From IMG/VR virus record IMGVR_UViG_3300026532_000001: a stretch of DNA of 64,000 nt; one strand, written 5' to 3'. Origin of the DNA: a virus. Below are positions 61,244-64,000 of this stretch, one piece after another. Below the pieces are notes generated by a model, which saw nothing but the letters and a program-made list of their open reading frames with translations, was not told the DNA's origin and ran no database searches. The translations under genes were made by a program, and so were the position numbers. Position 1 is the first letter of the stretch. Each line of letters begins with the position of its first letter.

Positions 61244-61992
61244 TGAATAACAGAGAACACTACGGGTGGATACCCGATCTTCCCGACCAGCGTGATCGCG
61301 TCTACGGGGCACCATATGCCACGCTGCAAGCTTTGCCACCAAGTGTAGATCTTCGCGACGGGTGCCCTCCAGTGGAAGACCAGTTGGCACTCGGGAGCTG
61401 CACAAGCTTCGCTGCAGGGGCGGCTATCCGGTTCGCTCGCAAGAAACAGGGGCTGCCAGACTTTGTGACCTCGCATCTCTTTCTGTATTACAATTCTCGC
61501 AGGCAGAAGACTGTGGATAGCGGGGCGTATCTCAGAGATGTCATGAAATCGGCTTCCAGGCTTGGCGACTGTCCTGAGCTAGAGTGGCCTTATGTCATTG
61601 ACCATTTTGACGTGCATCCACCTATCCTGTGCTACCAGGACGCGCTCAAGGATAGAGTGCTCTCCTACCAGCGTGTGATACGCAGCCTTGATCAGATGAA
61701 AGGCTGCCTGGCGTCTGGATGGCCCTTTGTCCTGGGATTTAGTGTGTACGAAAGCTTTGAAAGTGCACAAGTAGCTCAAACTGGCGTGGTACCAATGCCA
61801 GGGCCAAATGAGGCAGTTTTGGGAGGCCATGCAATCGTATGCGTAGGATACATGGATGACAAGCAACAGTTCATTTTTAGGAACAGTTGGGGCAACTGGG
61901 CAGATAAAGGATATGGATACATACCTTATGCATACCTTATGAACAAAGGACTTTCTAGCGATTTCTGGACTATTCGTACAATTAGTGCATGA
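61243..61992 (+). CDS. papain-like (C1 family) cysteine peptidase
   Basis: VEDQLALGSCTSFAAG (Cys), GGHAIVCVGY (His), and FRNSWGNWADKGYGYIPY (Asn-Ser-Trp). Confidence 0.8.
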   Translation: MNNREHYGWIPDLPDQRDRVYGAPYATLQALPPSVDLRDGCPPVEDQLALGSCTSFAAGAAIRFARKKQGLPDFVTSHLFLYYNSRRQKTVDSGAYLRDVMKSASRLGDCPELEWPYVIDHFDVHPPILCYQDALKDRVLSYQRVIRSLDQMKGCLASGWPFVLGFSVYESFESAQVAQTGVVPMPGPNEAVLGGHAIVCVGYMDDKQQFIFRNSWGNWADKGYGYIPYAYLMNKGLSSDFWTIRTISA

Positions 61993-62001
61993 TAAGAGAA
62001 G

Positions 62002-62031
62002 GGCTCCGATCTTGACAACCGGAGCCTTATT
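62002..62031. terminator. hairpin terminator after the lysis cassette
   Basis: ggctccg (62002-62008) pairs with cggagcc (62020-62026), followed by ttattg. Lies between convergent transcription units. Confidence 0.5.
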
Positions 62032-62218
62032 GAAACTGACTACTCAGGATTAGCTAAACGCTCTGCTTCTCGATTGAGGAAACGCTGCCATGTAGCATCA
62101 TGACCGTGTTGCTCACAGTTCATTCGGAAGCTCAAATCGCTATCGTACAACTGCCTGCCATTGCGGATACTCAGGAGAATCGTACTTCTCATCGCGAATG
62201 GATACACTGCTCTCGCTA

Positions 62219-62497
62219 CTATTTTGCATTTCTCTTTGCCTTTCTCTTTTTGCTATCGATATATTGGACAATAGCATGACTCATCACGAGGTCTGCAACT
62301 CTCATATAATCGGACTCTTGGACTTCACTCCCAAGTGGGACAATGGTCTGCGAAGCAGCTTGTTTGAACTCTTCCCAAAGTTGTTCTGGAAGACCGATAG
62401 AGAACCATTTGAAGCCGGCCTTGACAGGAACCTCTATCGTTTCAGGTTTGCGAGGGCGGCCAGCTCCAGTCCGAGCACCCCCGCGATTGCTACTCAC
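62219..62497 (-). CDS. hypothetical DNA-binding-like protein (start uncertain)
   Basis: GTG 62497 overlaps the upstream TAG. Basic N-terminus GAGRPRKPETIEVPVK. Confidence 0.35.
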   Translation of the reverse strand: MSSNRGGARTGAGRPRKPETIEVPVKAGFKWFSIGLPEQLWEEFKQAASQTIVPLGSEVQESDYMRVADLVMSHAIVQYIDSKKRKAKRNAK

Positions 62498-62984
62498 GGA
62501 CCAACTCGACTTTCGTATACCAGCCTGAATTGATCCCAGGTTGAAGATCCTCAAGCGAGTCTGCCTCTGCTGGAGAAACGTAATTCGGTTTCTCAGTAAC
62601 GCGATACTGGAGAATTCCACTCCAGACGATCTCACCAACACGATACTGCTCTTCTAGAATAAATGTGGCGACTGGCTTGGCATGCTCACGCTCCCTCGCC
62701 TCTCTATCGGCATCCAGGCTGTCAAGATACTCACTCTTGCCACCTTGGCGGCGAATATCCACCTCAGACTCAAAACTGCCAAAGAGATCATCATCATCTT
62801 CAACAACTGGCATCAAGACTCGCTTGGCATCTCTCTGGCAGGCCAGGAAATCTTCTGCTTTACCTTGAGATGAGAAGACTGCTGGCTCCTTGCTGAATTT
62901 GAGCAGAGGCTGCTCATTCTTCATGCAGTGGAATTGTCCTTCAATCTCGACAATTGCATATCCATTCTCGTATGTAGGGATCAT
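62490..62984 (-). CDS. hypothetical protein
   Basis: 164-aa ORF, first gene behind the operator-rich promoter. Confidence 0.5.
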   Translation of the reverse strand: MIPTYENGYAIVEIEGQFHCMKNEQPLLKFSKEPAVFSSQGKAEDFLACQRDAKRVLMPVVEDDDDLFGSFESEVDIRRQGGKSEYLDSLDADREAREREHAKPVATFILEEQYRVGEIVWSGILQYRVTEKPNYVSPAEADSLEDLQPGINSGWYTKVELVRE

Positions 62985-63033
62985 TTTGAAATCTCGCTTT
63001 CTTCTTTGCCAGAGAACTGTTTCTCTATATTTG

Positions 63034-63062
63034 AATTATGTCATATTTCAAAATATTGTCAA
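63034..63062 (-). promoter_or_regulatory. sigma70-like promoter overlapped by ATATTT(G/C)AA repeats
   Basis: Minus strand TTGACA (63057-63062), 17 nt, ATAATT (63034-63039). Repeats lie at 63027, 63044, 63076 and 63097. Confidence 0.4.
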
Positions 63063-63103
63063 GGGCATATCGCGGTATTTTGAATGAATTTCTATGATAT
63101 TTC

Positions 63104-63133
63104 AAACAAAAGAAAAACTCGTCCGAAGACGAG
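63104..63133 (-). terminator. rho-independent terminator (minus strand)
   Basis: ctcgtc/gacgag stem with a cgaa loop (63118-63133), followed on the minus strand by TTTTTCTTTTGTTT. Confidence 0.7.
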
Positions 63134-63160
63134 CCTGTTGATACGCTTTTGTCTGTATTG

Positions 63161-63310
63161 TTACTTCATAAGCCTACTCCCAACCAGCACTATGACATAC
63201 AAGAGCATATTCACGCCTTGCAGTAGCAATAGCGCATAAAATGCGAATATGCCAAAGAAGATTAGCAGAGGCACACGTGCAAAGATAGGCCCCTCTTTCC
63301 ATCTGCTCAT
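63161..63310 (-). CDS. small membrane protein (49 aa, start uncertain)
   Basis: Start placed at MSRWKEG, 4 nt after the upstream stop. C-terminal hydrophobic helix. Confidence 0.35.
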   Translation of the reverse strand: MSRWKEGPIFARVPLLIFFGIFAFYALLLLQGVNMLLYVIVLVGSRLMK

Positions 63311-63314
63311 CTTC

Positions 63315-63536
63315 TCAGTGCATATTCTCTCTTTGCGCATATTCTTCCTCACCATAGCCGACATACGTATAGTTGGTATACGGTCTGTTGGAGAAGTCAG
63401 GAATTCTAGATCTTCGTGGAATCTGAACTGTGGATTGTGCATCTTCAATACCTGAAAGCATATAAATAAGAGGAATAACAGCTATCACCCCTAAGAACCA
63501 GAACACAAGAATAATATATAGCAATGCATCTATCAT
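63315..63536 (-). CDS. small membrane protein
   Basis: ATGA overlap with the upstream gene. N-terminal TM helix LLYIILVFWFLGVIAVIPLIYML. Confidence 0.45.
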   Translation of the reverse strand: MIDALLYIILVFWFLGVIAVIPLIYMLSGIEDAQSTVQIPRRSRIPDFSNRPYTNYTYVGYGEEEYAQRENMH

Positions 63537-64000
63537 ATCTTGCTGCCCCAGACTTTCACATCAAAGTTGCACGGCCCGTCACTGGGCACGATTGGAATAC
63601 GCACGCCATGGCAGTGGTACCGTATGCGCCTCAGAAGCTTCTCAGAGGCCATGTGGCGCAAATTGGACACGACTATGAGTGTCGGCATGCTACCGAGCTC
63701 TTCAACGGCTTGGTGGATGAGATCTAGCGTGTGGTACTCAGCAGATGCGCTAATTTGTACACACGGATCTTCCTCTTCAGGCTCCTCTATCGGAATAGTC
63801 AGGATCTGCACAGCCAGTTCGTTCGTTTCAAGCGGCGGACTCTTGGGGATAGCTGGCAGGTACATCGTCGGCATCTCAGCAGTGTCTAGAGGCTGCGCTC
63901 TCTTGCGTTCTTGCTCTTCTTTGATGCCTTTCAGTACTTCTGCTCTGCTTATGCTGGTAGCACTGCTTTCTTGCAGTGTCTCTCTCGTCCACTCTTTCAC
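63533..64000 (-). CDS. hypothetical protein (5' end outside the window)
   Basis: ORF is open to the window edge. Confidence 0.45.
   Translation of the reverse strand: MKEWTRETLQESSATSISRAEVLKGIKEEQERKRAQPLDTAEMPTMYLPAIPKSPPLETNELAVQILTIPIEEPEEEDPCVQISASAEYHTLDLIHQAVEELGSMPTLIVVSNLRHMASEKLLRRIRYHCHGVRIPIVPSDGPCNFDVKVWGSKI

Noticed and set aside
1-64000. Search for a CRISPR array to go with the RAMP-like operon.
   Set aside because: I inspected the intergenic gaps (3761-3934, 8443-8526, 9256-9465, 12792-13182, 16012-16579, 30869-31161, 45266-45430, 61993-62218 and others). I found no regularly spaced 25-40 nt direct repeats, only iterons, short operator-like repeats and hairpins.
1-64000. Genome-wide stop-codon reassignment (TAG or TGA) as an explanation for the two in-frame stops.
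   Set aside because: The large genes (TerL, portal, capsid, tape measure, primase) are uninterrupted, and stops terminate genes normally with coupled restarts.

Overview
The window reads as one nearly complete tailed-phage or prophage genome, mostly on the + strand. All functional calls rest on motifs and gene order read by eye; no database search was run. Layout: (1) 390-1700, a divergent-promoter switch with an XRE-type regulator. (2) 1834-3760, a replication module with an initiator-like gene carrying internal iterons plus a DnaC/IstB-like loader. (3) 3935-8442, a four-gene translationally coupled operon with two RAMP-like (Cas5/6-like and Cas7-like) proteins, a GT-A-like protein and a CysH/PAPS-reductase-like protein, with no CRISPR array in the window. 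This is my top candidate for an undescribed system (type IV-B-like derivative). (4) 8527-21109, early genes: HTH proteins, Bro-N antirepressor-like, two SWIM zinc fingers, Rad52-like, LuxR- and XRE-type regulators, ParB-like, and many small ORFs joined by a repeated stop-SD junction. (5) 21236-24824, an HNH-AP2 homing endonuclease and a primase-polymerase/SF3 helicase. (6) 25300-27406, a GNAT and a C5 DNA methyltransferase whose gene contains a second long same-strand ORF with methyltransferase-type motifs. (7) 28792-30099, excisionase-like plus tyrosine integrase. (8) 31162-61992, packaging, head, tail and lysis: TerS/TerL, portal, protease-scaffold, capsid, GH5 hydrolase, tail tube, chaperone with -1 frameshift, tape measure, fibres, GH25 endolysin, holin-like proteins and a papain-like peptidase. 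The late operon is interrupted by three minus-strand Zn-ribbon HNH homing endonuclease genes, one plus-strand EndoVII paralog, and a compact td-like group I intron (56849-57060) that splits a small fibre-like gene. Each antisense HNH gene completely lacks TTA/CTA/TCA codons, which leaves a 1.1-1.4 kb sense-strand bridging ORF. (9) 62219-64000, minus-strand genes behind an operator-rich promoter.
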